Program-made: the position numbers and the translations under genes
In this document: in pieces, positions 11,401-23,639 of the stretch
Layout: the number at the start of each line of letters is the position of its first letter
Position numbering within the stretch: position 1 is the first letter of the stretch
The notes under the pieces: model-generated
Databases searched by the model: none
The model's input: the letters and a program-made list of their open reading frames with translations, nothing else
What the model was told of the DNA's origin: nothing
Assembly: GCA_040285825.1 (NCBI GenBank)
Contig: JAUPSS010000001.1
Location: 2,852,001 to 2,916,000, forward strand
Direction of reading: 5' to 3'
DNA from: Eukaryota sp. TZLM1-RC
Taxonomy: Eukaryota > Protista > Metamonada: BaSk clade
Length of the DNA: 64,000 nt

Positions 11401-11590
11401 AAGAACATCTCGCCAAGAATCAAGCCGCCAATCAAGCAGAGGTTTGATTCGCAGCAACAGGCTTAAAGAACTTAGCGTGCCTTCAAAGTACAAACAAACC
11501 AAAATCTATAAGGATTTTGATGAAGCAAACCCCAAGGTAAGTGGTTTGGTTAATAAAATTGAATCAATGTTTGCTGATGGAAAACTATAA
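8435..11590 (+). CDS. EF-hand plus WD40-repeat protein (WDR49/EFCAB8/CFAP337-like, probably flagellar)
   Basis: EF-hand LFLEIDVNGDNQLESDEF followed by WD repeats (LATGSTDRYVALWD; FDDRERKLLVGLSNGHIQVLN). Confidence 0.75.
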   Translation: MASLCSSGHGSRISKLSSLQSRTRRSLQSLDVQSFRRGNEANFVRSIMLDLSPQDLATIRELLLQNEVNMPMFVVIMKHHLSDDFKNSFAPYQLELSLVQLFLEIDVNGDNQLESDEFSAYVASTIAISASSDANMRLKCLPSTRTTGITISRASLSSIVYVDAPASRFFASLDNSPTVLAWQPFSVSQLDPFTDDINPSLSAPVTTFSAHMAPCTALCALSRNKHLSWSWLATGSTDRYVALWDAVTLVERARVLCSAPVLSLCQVFSEDSESYSLAVGTSSAEAFLLSLPNLTPLIRLTTVPSPSDLPVQSVYWAFKDVDHEEEETNSLDKSLLALSPGDKLLDRRTGFAAFQTSRANPVTSMVNATSLKLVICGFQDGSLLWFDILSGEFRGGIDKSKSETNEGHSQAIFSLIWSDKARVAVSLSYQRYALGYNCKGSSHVFKLGGGHFHLSPIVSQCLLGSGGNYCATFDLEKTCCIWNLSTLECVQVLQTSISVVSAISVSEYVVTCSSGPLCPLQAMSRAPPLLEDKSAYHRVLSILFSDSLLNFISLCPKAVFSWDSVTGTKVNEWHFAPNDAISMIFDDRERKLLVGLSNGHIQVLNVTNGSLLKTLKPIDPDTNNQLAVDLVSISFAPELRYAVAFYLNSLVVFFEENDDSEELFPLFTLTIPSEPTISTCLETVVESLSSGDHLPFFVVGTISGEIFGFDSLSFNLLNKGAPLLSHPASITALLYVATGFLLSCDDHGNVVLSEVRGSRDSSPLVPVRLILACECPFPVVNSGNLDEKIPHPAASLQSIALSCASKASNSINFGTVSKDFSLFVFTTRNGDLYIIDLEEIKSYNKFKDLQEPETVHFPGISDRLPFSTLVSGRPVSLINVNNFVCGHLNIENLFKFSVMSIMVFSNPKILVFGPDSSPELHITSFDGTLIGKTSAGSPNLWNLELNFEYFLQTQRIIFFETLEATSDLSYQQMNGAETPIQFKLSQSKRRTSRQESSRQSSRGLIRSNRLKELSVPSKYKQTKIYKDFDEANPKVSGLVNKIESMFADGKL

Positions 11591-11623
11591 ATTAATTTAC
11601 TATAACAACTAATAAAACTAAAA

Positions 11624-13984
11624 TTATTCTATTTGTTTGATTTTGTTTTGCAAATCAGTCAACATTTGGTTAGTTTCATCCCATCTTGAAGTCTCGTGAC
11701 TTCTTTCCTTACAAGTCATCAATAGAGGTTTTATAAACCTTTTAATGCTAACTAATTCTTGTTTCTCCGAAATGTTATTAATTGCAAAATCACCCAAATC
11801 ATTCAGGGTTTCTAAAACCAAGTTGATAGAATCTAAGGAATTTTGCCAATAGCTATGGGTAAGTGACCTAATTCTTGATTTTAAGCCCATAATAAACTTG
11901 GAATTTACCTTTAAAAATCTGAATACTTCGGTATACAGACCCCAAAACCTGTAATCACATTCGTGTTGATTGGAGATTTCATCCAAAAGATCTGCAAATC
12001 CTGTGATCCACTGATGATCCCTACTAGTGTCATCCATTGTGATGACAACTTCAACTACCTTGGCCAACAATGGTAGAATAGGATTGACAGAAGAATCTTT
12101 TTTTAATTTAAACCCCAATAAAGATTTAATTGCGTAAATACCTAATTCAAATTCCTTCAAGTTAATACTAACCACTGCCAACGAATTCCATAATTTGGTA
12201 TTATTGGGTCTGATTTTGAGTGCCTGTTTCAAGCAATTTATCGCTTCATTACCACTATCCAATATTAAATGGCAATTAGCTAAATTTGTCCAAGATTCGA
12301 AATCTTCATCATTGATATTAACAGCTTTCTGGAACGCCTGTCTACCATCAGGATAGTTCTTTTCATTCACATAAATCAATCCTAACGAAAACCAAGCCTT
12401 GGAATCAAAGGAATTGATCTGAATAATTTTCAATAACCATTCCTTTGCTTCACTTTCTTTTCCATTCTGTAAAAGGACTTTACACAAAGCACGAAGGGCT
12501 GGGATATGGGTCTCACGTGATAGTCTCCATGAGTCAATAAAATATTGAACTTCTTGGGTTGCGAGACCTTTTGCGACTAGTAATCTTGGAGATGGTCCTT
12601 CTGAGCTGATGATGTCATCAATCCAATCAATCACGGACTGTAGAGGTCTACAGTTGATCATACATTCTACAGCATCATCGTACATCTTCAGTTTCTTGAA
12701 TATCCCCTCAGCAGTAGTCCACATCCCCAGCTTTGACCAGGCAACTGCTAGCTCCTTTTCTAGATTCCAAAAGGATACACAATGAAGAGAAAAAAATAGA
12801 CAAATCCTTGAAAAAATAGGGTTAGAGTTAGAAGGGGTTGATGAGTTTTCAAGTAATCTATCAATCTGAATAGCTGCCTTTTCATAGGTTTTAGGTCGTC
12901 GAGAATCCAGACGACTCTTGATCAGCAATCCCACACCATGTATTAACCAATTAAACTTCCTAGCCAAAACTGCCGAAACATAAGGTTCTTGCTGCTCCAC
13001 TGACACGTCATCATAAACTCTTGACACATGGATCTGACGAAGCATTGACAAGAGAACTAGCTGGTGATGTGGAGATTCAACTTGGAAAAGAGATTGAGAA
13101 TCAAGGGGGTTGTCAAGTTTGTAAGTTGAGAGGCGGATTTCACCATCAATCTTAGCTTGTTCTGGAAAGTCTACAGTCGAGATCACGTCATTGATTACTT
13201 TAAAATTAAATGATTGCTTTGATTTTGAGCTATTTGCAATGAATAACTGAGGAATTGAGTGTTCCTGGAAAATCGTACGCTTACCTAATAATCCTATCAA
13301 TTCAAGGTCAATATTCAACGATTTTTGAACCAGTTCCAAGACTTCCATTGACTTTGACGTTTTCCCCAATAGTTGAAGTATTTCGACAAATTCCAATAAA
13401 ACAAATGATTTTGAATGTTCTTTATCTTCTATATTGATAACATCAGGTAATAAATCGTCGATCAGTTTTGATAGAAGACTTACAAGTGATTCGTGAGGCT
13501 CGTCAAGGATCTTCATCCAGGTGAACAGAGATCTGAAATACCATAACGATACCCCCATCGAACGATGATTATCGTAAAGATGAGAGAGAATATGGAGGGA
13601 AATCGAGAGGAGGAAAGGAGAGGAGAGTCTTGGAGAGAGAGTATGAAGGCCAGCACAGAGATGTTCAATGGACTGGTCAGGGAAAAGAGAAGAAAGAGCG
13701 ATGGTAGAGGGAGTGGTGGGTCCAACAAAGTTTAGACGAAGAAACTCAAGTAGACACGGTACAACAAGTCCAGATAGAAGCTCATAATCATCAGTGGAAA
13801 ACTGATTAAATGATATGGAAAAATCTTCAGAATGTACTAATTGATCATGAAATTGAGATAATTGAGGGAAGACTGAAAGGGTTGAGGTAATGACATTATT
13901 CAAGTCAGAAGTCCTGAAAAGCTTCCCAAACTCAGTATCATCTAGCAATAAATCGACCAGATGAAAAGGAAAGTGAAGGTCCAT
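11624..13984 (-). CDS. TTC27: TPR protein TTC27/Emw1
   Basis: FLRLNFVGP, LIGLLGKRTIFQ and C-terminal TPRs (AWFSLG, ESWTNLA, LKQALK). The first ATG is at 13984; the ORF track start is TTG. Confidence 0.85.
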   Translation of the reverse strand: MDLHFPFHLVDLLLDDTEFGKLFRTSDLNNVITSTLSVFPQLSQFHDQLVHSEDFSISFNQFSTDDYELLSGLVVPCLLEFLRLNFVGPTTPSTIALSSLFPDQSIEHLCAGLHTLSPRLSSPFLLSISLHILSHLYDNHRSMGVSLWYFRSLFTWMKILDEPHESLVSLLSKLIDDLLPDVINIEDKEHSKSFVLLEFVEILQLLGKTSKSMEVLELVQKSLNIDLELIGLLGKRTIFQEHSIPQLFIANSSKSKQSFNFKVINDVISTVDFPEQAKIDGEIRLSTYKLDNPLDSQSLFQVESPHHQLVLLSMLRQIHVSRVYDDVSVEQQEPYVSAVLARKFNWLIHGVGLLIKSRLDSRRPKTYEKAAIQIDRLLENSSTPSNSNPIFSRICLFFSLHCVSFWNLEKELAVAWSKLGMWTTAEGIFKKLKMYDDAVECMINCRPLQSVIDWIDDIISSEGPSPRLLVAKGLATQEVQYFIDSWRLSRETHIPALRALCKVLLQNGKESEAKEWLLKIIQINSFDSKAWFSLGLIYVNEKNYPDGRQAFQKAVNINDEDFESWTNLANCHLILDSGNEAINCLKQALKIRPNNTKLWNSLAVVSINLKEFELGIYAIKSLLGFKLKKDSSVNPILPLLAKVVEVVITMDDTSRDHQWITGFADLLDEISNQHECDYRFWGLYTEVFRFLKVNSKFIMGLKSRIRSLTHSYWQNSLDSINLVLETLNDLGDFAINNISEKQELVSIKRFIKPLLMTCKERSHETSRWDETNQMLTDLQNKIKQIE

Positions 13985-15840
13985 TGTAACAGATGATGAC
14001 AATAACAATGGAATAAGTGTCTTTTTTACACCAATCTAGAGGGACTGAGTTCTTGAGAAGTGGAAGATTTCATTCTTGATACCTTTTTCTTTGAACCTTC
14101 ATCATCCTTTACTCTCTGCAGGTATTCCGGTCTATCTCCATTATTTACATGTGCTTCCATCACTACCAACATATTCAGCGAAGTATTTCGATCTCTATTC
14201 CACAAACTTTCACATGATTTACACATGGTAAGCCCGTGACGAATAGACATCTCATGTCTCTTCCATGACCTAGGATTTCTGTACCATCGGAATGTTTCAA
14301 CTGTTTTCTCCGCTTTCTTACAGTTGAAACAACAGCAACTGGTTCAATACTCATCAATTAAAAAGACCTTATAACCAACCTTTTTAAATAGAATTCTCAA
14401 ACCTTTTCCCTTAGTAGGTTCTTTGAATTTCATGTGTTTTCGTTGTTCCCAGTCTCCGATTCCAATAACTACTTGAGCTGGATCACCATTTATTGATTTA
14501 AATCTCTGAATCATCTTCGCCTCAGTTCTTTTTTCAGTTTTTTTTTTCAGTTTTTTTTTCCTAAATATTTTTTGATGATAGACTTCACCAACAATACTAT
14601 TCACAAAATTCTTTTGTTTAATATACTCCATAAATCTATCAAACCTGCAGCTTTTGGAATTGAATGGGGATAAAGTTTCTTGCCATTCGGCTACAGATTT
14701 AGTTTTTTCATCTTTGTTTAATTTTTTTGAGCAATGAATTTCGTGGGGAATATTGATTTCTTGAGGTGCTTCTCCTTTTAATAAACTAATTGTTCTTTCA
14801 GTCATTTGATTAATTATACTGCTGTTTAAATCCATCCTTTGTTGTTGCTTTTCAGATGGTTCATCATTGGATAGATCAATCACTCTACCAATAGAGTTAC
14901 TTAGTGTGATAAGAATGTCATTCCGTATGCTATCTCTTGTTCTTTTGAATTTGGAACTTTTCGACTCAAATTTTCGTTGATTTTGAGTGTACCTGAAATG
15001 AACATCTATGTCTTTCTTATGATTTTTGAATGAGTCATTCCAGTAGCTAAATTGGCAGAAAAATAAAGCAGATCAGATTTCCCTGGATCAGCAGCAGCAA
15101 GGGACTTATCTTGGAATTTAGAAGGATTAATGCTGGAGTCATCAATATATTCTTCTTTATTTTTCAATTCTTTTGCAGTTACCTTGTATTTTTTCAAGTT
15201 CATTCTAGATTGACTGAAACTTACTGCTATTCCATCAGTCTCGATACTAGACATGATGTACTGTGAACTTTCTAAATAAAGTTTTGTGTTTTTTATCTCG
15301 TCCATTTTCAAATTGGTGTTCCCTAAAACCAAAAGAGCAGCTTGATTATTACATTGGTAGAACGATTTTGGACCAAGAAGGTCCTTGTGTTCGGCAAAGA
15401 ACACTTTTTTGAATGATTTCCAAAAAATGGTTCAAGAAAAAACAATGAAAAGATTTGATATCTTTTTATGGTGCTCCTGAATTTAATTTGCCATTATAAA
15501 CAGATCGCCCGGATTTTTCAATCGAATTAGAAAAGATTTAGCTAGACAGCAAGCAGATCGAGCTTTTGTAGAGGAAATCTTGGTTCAATGAATTTCGTCC
15601 CATTAGTTATGAGTTAAATTTGTTGAGTGTGGAAGTTCAGTAGATTAATTTTTGTGTAAGGAACAAGTCCAATAAACTTGTCTTGTCAATTCTGATATAG
15701 GAGGGAATACAAGAATTCTTCAAAGGCAGAGCTTGAAAGAGTTTGCTTTTCTCATCCTCTGAATAATTATTAATATAGATCATTGCTCTTAAATTTAAAT
15801 CTGATTTTGATGAAAAATCAAATTTTGAATAGGTCCACAT
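13985..15840 (-). mobile_element. Fanzor family A, copy A2: longest copy, frameshifted and interrupted by a retroelement fragment
   Basis: Motifs PLKNSCIPSYIRID, IETDGIAVS, AADPGKSDLLY (RuvC-I), FRYTQNQR, IGDWEQRKHMKFKEPTKGKG, FLIDEY (RuvC-II) and HGLTMCKSCESLWNRDRN (ZnF and RuvC-III). Confidence 0.9.
15345..15636 (+). mobile_element. 3' fragment of a CRE-like retrotransposon (VEEILVQ family) inside Fanzor A2
   Basis: Matches the termini at 54172-54350, 59843-60025 and 16613-16800 (FVEEILVQ-stop). Confidence 0.8.
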
Positions 15841-16057
15841 TTACAGAACATTTCATAATATGTCGGACGTCAAATTTGACAATAACAAAATCACATATTA
15901 TGTGAAGATTGTGAGTTTCTAGCAATTTTTTAGATGAACTTAGTATATTATTTTCAGAGGAATGATGATATAAAGTTATACTTTTGTCATCAACTTTACA
16001 ATAATGTTCATTTCTAATTGTTGACTTTTCTTCAAGATCACAAAAACAATGAATTAT

Positions 16058-16560
16058 TTAAATCTGTTCTTGAGTAAAAATAGGAAAAATTGAATTTGAA
16101 ACAATCTTTCCTGCAGATTGGCAGTAAGAGATGGAGTGTTCTTCTGCAGAAATGACAATTGTTTCATCCCCATCACTGAGCTCTTTACCCAATGCCAAAG
16201 ATTCTATATCCAAATGTAAAATTTTGAAAGCAAATTGTGTTTTGACACTGGATGGTTTCATTAAAGGGTATTTTTATTGAGTCAGCGATATCTCATTGAA
16301 AAGTGTTTTTACACATTTCAAAGGTGTGCTAAATACATCAGCACTCCTTTTTCTGATGGTTTTTTGTACAAAGAAGCATTTCTTTGTCTCAAAGGATTTT
16401 CGTTCATTGTTAACACAGTTATTGATGAAATGTTTAATTTGTGCTGAATCAAGTGAATTGAGCTCATTTAACAAAAACAAATTGATCATTCTTTTTGCAA
16501 ACAATATGGTGAATATTCCACTATCATACAAATTAGATTGAAAATTTTTATAAATTCAGA
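16058..16560 (-). pseudogene. Degenerate Ulp1/C48 SUMO-protease-like fragments, probably TE-borne
   Basis: QSNLYDSGIFTILFA resembles QxNxYDCGxF; DIESLALGKELSD resembles DLxTLxxxxWLND. Confidence 0.4.
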
Positions 16561-16599
16561 CTGATATTGGTTCCAAGTTTTTCAAAAATTATTTTTTTA

Positions 16600-17410
16600 A
16601 CAAGGATGAAATTTATTGAACCAAGATTTCCTCTACTGAATTTTGATCCACTTGCTGTTTCGCTAAAGCCTCTCTAATTTGGTTGAAAAACCATCAGTTG
16701 ATTATAGCAAATTGAATTTGAGAGCGCCTTAAAAAGATATCAAATCTTGTCATTGTTTTTTTGAAACATCGTTTGGAAATCATTCAAAAATGTTTCTGCT
16801 TCTACAAATAATGTTCCGTTTGTAGAAAATGGGAAAGCAATACAACAAGTGGTCTATTTCTATCAGCATTAGCTTCTTCGATATCATTGTCATATTTTCG
16901 AGATTTTTCTTTAGCTTTAAATTCAAGAGCACTTACAGGATTAAGTTTTCTTTTTTGAACCAAAATGTTATTTGCAACATTACAGAAGACGAAGTTAGCA
17001 ACAGCTTCAGAGTTCTCAATCCAATCACAGTATACATCACCTTTGTCATCAAAACCGAAATTAATTAATGACAGTGTTTCCTTCGGCAGAGGCTCTCTGA
17101 TACACGATATTTTTGCAGTTCTAGCCATATTGAAAACAATATCTCCAACAGCATCATGTAATGAAAAACGATAAGTTATCAGTTTCGAACAATTCAGAGC
17201 TTGGTGTAAAGTGATCTCTGGTAAATTCGAACAAATACATTTTTCTTTTGGTAATAGTTGCTTAATGGGAATATCCAAATATAATTTCAATTTTGTTACA
17301 AACGCTTCATTATCAGCACACAGTCCAAATCTTCGTGGCACAATGGTTACAAACAGTGAAAAGCCTGATGACTAGTTTTCACAAACACCCTTTTCCAATA
17401 ACAATGAGCG
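16600..17410 (-). mobile_element. CRE-like retrotransposon 3' fragment (VEEILVQ family, RLE domain)
   Basis: CICSN..LHQALNC..LHDAV, REP, D..GDV and EFKAKEKSRKY; paralogous to 54172-54960. Confidence 0.8.
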
Positions 17411-17684
17411 AGTATGTTGATTGTCTGGAACTGGAACAGAACCTCTTTCTCCTTGGACCAGTTGGGTGAAGTGAAAAGAGAAGATTTTGTATGTTCTTCC
17501 ATAGAAATGGAACGACAGAAGCCGATTGCAAAACATAAACTTTGATTTGACGGTTTTAATAAACAAATTAAAAAAAATTAAGCATATATTTTTTAATTAC
17601 TGGATATTTTATATTTATTTTATGTCATTGCAATAACTGAATGCAAGTTATAAACAGTGGTAGAAAACAAGCTGAAACATTGGG

Positions 17685-17790
17685 TGAACTGGTTCTGAAC
17701 CAGTTCAAACTAGTTCGGAACCAAAACCTATCATTTTTGAACCTGAATTGAACTGAACCAGTTCCGCACTGAACCTGAGCAGTCCTAGTA
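17685..17790. repeat. GAACY/GTTC-rich palindromic segment ending cagtcctagta; possible Helentron-like TE terminus
   Basis: Perfect 11-bp inverted repeat tgaactggttc-t-gaaccagttca and multiple gaacc/gaact units. Confidence 0.3.
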
Positions 17791-17911
17791 GAAAGTGGTT
17801 GGGGTGAAAAAGTAAAACCCCAAACTGGGAACCCAAAATGAATTATAATCCCAATTCAATTTTGTGACAACAATACAGACCCCACCATCATTGGTTTAAA
17901 CTTCTATTCAC

Positions 17912-18118
17912 ATGACTCGCGGAAACACTCGGGAACGTGACCGCCAGAGGTCTCAAAAAAGGGCTGAAAAAGCACCCAAAGGTGGCAAAACCAAGCAGGA
18001 ACGAGGTGGGGCTAGTCTTTCCAATTGGAAGGAAAAACAGGCCCAAATTATGAGAGAGAAACAGGCACGTGCTGAAGCAAAGAAGCAGGCGTCGTCTAAT
18101 GTCCCTTCTAAGAAATAA
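17912..18118 (+). CDS. SERF: Small EDRK-rich factor (SERF/4F5) family protein
   Basis: MTRGNTRERDRQR N-terminus and AQIMREKQ motif. Confidence 0.9.
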   Translation: MTRGNTRERDRQRSQKRAEKAPKGGKTKQERGGASLSNWKEKQAQIMREKQARAEAKKQASSNVPSKK

Positions 18119-19006
18119 GTTGCCCCTATCTCTTCCATTGTTTTGTATAGTACATATTGAAACTGTTTTCAATGTCATTCTTGGTCTCTTGTAAACATTC
18201 TTAGTCAATTTTATCTCAGGTTTTGATAATATTAATCAACCACAAACTTGATATTTGCAAAATTTGACATCACATTATGAGTATGGGACTTGTGTAAAAC
18301 ATTTGTCACAGATTCCAATGAGTTAAACTTTACTACATTCTAGATGAATGATTCATCTAGAGTGAATTCATCCAATTAGAATCCACTTTTCTTTTTCATT
18401 TTTCTTAAACGTTGGGATCAACTATGTCTCAGAAGTTCACTTGAGTCATTGTCCACAAACGTCTATTGATTGTATGTTTGGGTCTCTTGTGTGCATCTCT
18501 CTGTGTGATGATAACCGCGCCACTCTTGATGAGCTCGTGACGATTGACCATCTTTGATAGTCATATGTACATGTTCTTATGCAGATTGCAAATTCCGCAA
18601 TGCGGTCACTGATTTTACCTTTTTCTGTTTTCTCTTACCTTAGATTGTACTTTCAGTATCATGATAATAAAGTTTTTTGTATCTTCAGTGGACAACAATA
18701 GAGCAATTATTTCTCATGGAGTTTTGGGAAATTGTTACAAGATCGTATACGTTAACATTATATAGCTGCAACAGAAATAAAACTAGAAAAGCAAATTCCA
18801 TGAAGGCTGTTTAAATGTTACTCCAGGAAGTAATGTCTATAAATGAGAAATGTTTTACTCCAAATGTAAAACATTTCTCTTTATTAGTACTGGAGATCAA
18901 GTCTTTTGATTCGTCTCTGGTGATTATTACATATGGTAGAACTAGAAGTATTGCGACAAAAAGCATTTCCGCCAACAAATTCAAGAATGAAAAATCAAAA
19001 CTTTAG

Positions 19007-20389
<1,383 letters not shown>

Positions 20390-20702
20390 TTCTTGTAATT
20401 TAATAAACTCTGTTAAATTGTCTAAATTTTGTCTATTTGTATGTGAAAATTATATGCAAAAAAAATTTGCAAAAAACATATATATCATTATTAATAGTTT
20501 GGTTTATTATGAATTAACTTATTAACATGGCTTGTCGTGGCTGAGATCCACTTGCTAAACGGAATGCTGGTGTTACTTATCACTTCTTGGTTATATTTGG
20601 ACAACCACCAGCACTTGTAGAGTTTATCTTGTTTAAGATCAGTTTATTGACAAGAGCTCATTTACGCTGAATTATGAATTATGGTTTTTGATTTTTTTCT
20701 AA

Positions 20703-22364
20703 TTTTTTTTATTTTGAAACGCAAACAAAACCACTAAACAAAAAACTAGAACTCAATATCCTCAATACACGCCTCAACAACATCAAACCTTTTCCATGCG
20801 CGATTCTTATACTCTATTCCTAATTGTAGCAGTGCTTTGGTTATCATTTCGGCAATTGCTTTAAGAATACTGAAAACAATTCTGTTGTGCCAGAAATTAA
20901 AGTTTAATTCTTTTCCCGCTCTTTCTTTTATTAAACTTCAGAAACCTTCGAGAAATTTAATTCCAGTTATTCCAATGTTACCAAAAGGAGAAACAGCAAA
21001 TGGAACCAGCTGATACTTGACATGTTCAACACATCCTAGCTGAGATAAGGGCTCATTGTACTTATTGATTTTGCTCTTTTCAGCAAAGCAGAGCGGAGTT
21101 TCATCTTTATTGGCAAAATCAATTGCTGAATCCTTACAAACATCATCAGTGACATCATCAACAATTTTTATCACACCATCATACCCTGGTGTAATTAAAC
21201 TCGTAAAAAAGAAGAATCAATTTCGAGCAAATTAGCCAAAAATGTGGTTCTTAATTCTTTAAAAATTCTGCAAAATTCAAGAAAAATTGATGGTGTAATT
21301 GAACGCAGGATATGAGTAAATTTACTTGAATAACAAATTCTGAGAAAGAAGTATTTGAGATGTTTTTCTATGTTAAATTCTGAAAGAACAGCCAGTTCTT
21401 GCTCAAAAATTGCTAAAAGAGATGAAGGTTGATTTCGAATTTCATCAAAATTTCTAAAAATCGAAATCCTGATTCATAATAGTTGATGAAAGGAACAGTT
21501 AGACCATCAATAACAAGATCAGCAGGGTCTCTACCAATCAATAAACATTTGGAAATCTTTAATGAAAGACCAATTTCATAATAGCACTGTTGAACAACTT
21601 TAGCAATTGGTCTCAATGAATCAACGGGACCAATTATCGAAATGTCATCCATATAAGCTGTTATTTCAATTTCTGGATATTTTTGTTTTAATTCACACAT
21701 TAAAGGATGAATAGCGAGGCAAAAGAAGAAAGGACCCAATGGATCACCTTTTTTAACATTAGATGATGATACAAGTCCTCATATACAAGTGTTGATTGTG
21801 AACCGTAGAAATTGTAAAAAAGAGATTCAGCTTCTGGGAAATGAATTTGCAGCAAGGGCAATATTGATGACCTCTTAACAGCATTAAAGGCGTTTTGAAT
21901 ATCTAATTAAAAATATAATTTGAATAATTTGAATTAAAGAAAACGTAAGAAGACAAGGCCGCAGAAAATGCTCCATCAACTGTTTTAATACCAAATTGAA
22001 AAGGACTAAAAAAATCTTTAGCTTTTTTACTAATCCTACCGAAAACAGCAGAAACAAGAATGCGAGACAGTGATTCTCCGATTGCAATTGGTCTCATTTT
22101 AGTTTCGTTCTTTTTAAAGCAATTAACCGCGAACTTGTCATTTCATATGGAAGCTTCATTTTTAGTGTTAAAAATTGATTGAGAGAGGAAACCAAATCAT
22201 TGATGTATTCAGGACATTGATTCATTGTTGATTTTAACATATCAAAGGTTTTCATTGAAGGTCCAGGTGCCTTTCCAGAGGGTAAATTTTTAATTAATTT
22301 AGATATTTCATCATTGGTTAGGGAATTCTGCTCCCAATAATCAACATTGTTAGGTTTGGGACAT
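20703..22364 (-). mobile_element. CRE-like retrotransposon (EDIEF family), truncated and internally deleted copy
   Basis: Close match to 60767-63185, with RPIAIGE, AYMDD and the RLE tail. A deletion at about 21200 removes roughly 0.7 kb. Confidence 0.9.
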
Positions 22365-23119
22365 TTAATGGTTCATATCAGGTTCATAATGGTGAAACAT
22401 TGAATGATGATGATTCTTCAAGGAGCAAAATGCTTGTTATTGTTATTTATCTATGAAGTGTGTAATCAACTTGATTACAGCTCAGGTGAATTCACCAAAA
22501 TTTCTGCAAATTCGGCAGTATTTTTGAGAGAGTCAAAATAGAATCCATATCAAAAGTTATATCAAATGAACGTGTTCATATGGGTTTGATTGAGGCTTGA
22601 TTTTCATAAAAGGTACATCTTGATACTTATTTAATATGTTTTTAATAGCACGTGCAGAAAAGGTGGTGACAATGTGGAACTTGACTAATTATTCCAAGAA
22701 TACACTACGATTTTGAGATTAACAAGCACTTCCCTTGATTGTATTGTCTTTTAGTAATTGTACAATTTGATGAGTTTCTAATAAATTCACATTCGCCATT
22801 AAAAATTAATTTTAATTTGTGTTGAAAATTAGGTGTGTATGACTTAACTAAGATCAATTTGGTAAACAAAACATTTGATTTTACTTTTAAAAATGATAAA
22901 AAAATAACATATTTTTAGGAATGACTAGTACTTGCTGAACACGAAATTGATTCTTCCTTGTTGTGATAGCCACACTGACGAAAATAGTCCTTGTAGCATG
23001 TATTCGAACATGCCCTGAGATTTTGCAACCTCCACCATTGCTGTTGTGGAGAGAGGAGTTTGAGAAGTTGGTTTTTGTTCTATTTTTATAAATTCAAGAA
23101 AGAAAATTAGATTTTAAAC

Positions 23120-23521
23120 TCACTCTTTAAAAATCTTGTCTCGTGGAATTGGAACTACTGCATTGTCCCCTTGGAAAAGAACATCCACTCTTCCTGTTTC
23201 CTATAATTAAATCATCACAATCAAACACACTTCATCAACATCCACAACCTTTGCTTTGTAAAACATGGTTGACCATCCTTGTTTGTCTACATCGGCTATC
23301 CAATAAAGAGAGTTCACTAGGTCTCCTTTTCTTAAAGGAGTGTCTTGCTCTGGTGGCCATGGCCTCGTGTCCCGTTTCTTAACCAACCACTGTGTCTGCT
23401 TTTCTAATGGTTCAATTTCAACATCTTGGACCAAGAGAGAATCACCATGGTCTTCCTTTGGATCTGCAAGAATGTAGGTGTTTGGCTTGTTATTGTACGT
23501 AACTCTAGCGATAATCGGCAT
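23120..23521 (-). CDS. Small Tudor-like (SGF29-type) domain protein; one 30-nt intron (23201-23230)
   Basis: LRKGDLVNSLYW..STMFYKAKVVDV is joined in frame to ETGRVDVLFQGD after removing gtgtg..ttaattatag. Confidence 0.6.
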
Positions 23522-23639
23522 CAGTAAGGGTAGTGATGACGCACCTTTTGAACCTCTTTTACTAGCCTCTGGAAACCTACTAACTTTTTTCCTTGTCCAG
23601 AACAAGATCACTGTTACCCATTTATTGTCATTCATCTCA

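Noticed and set aside
18500-18620. C/D snoRNA candidate (tgatga..ctga)
   Set aside because: The putative guide matches conserved rRNA only imperfectly and no terminal stem is evident.
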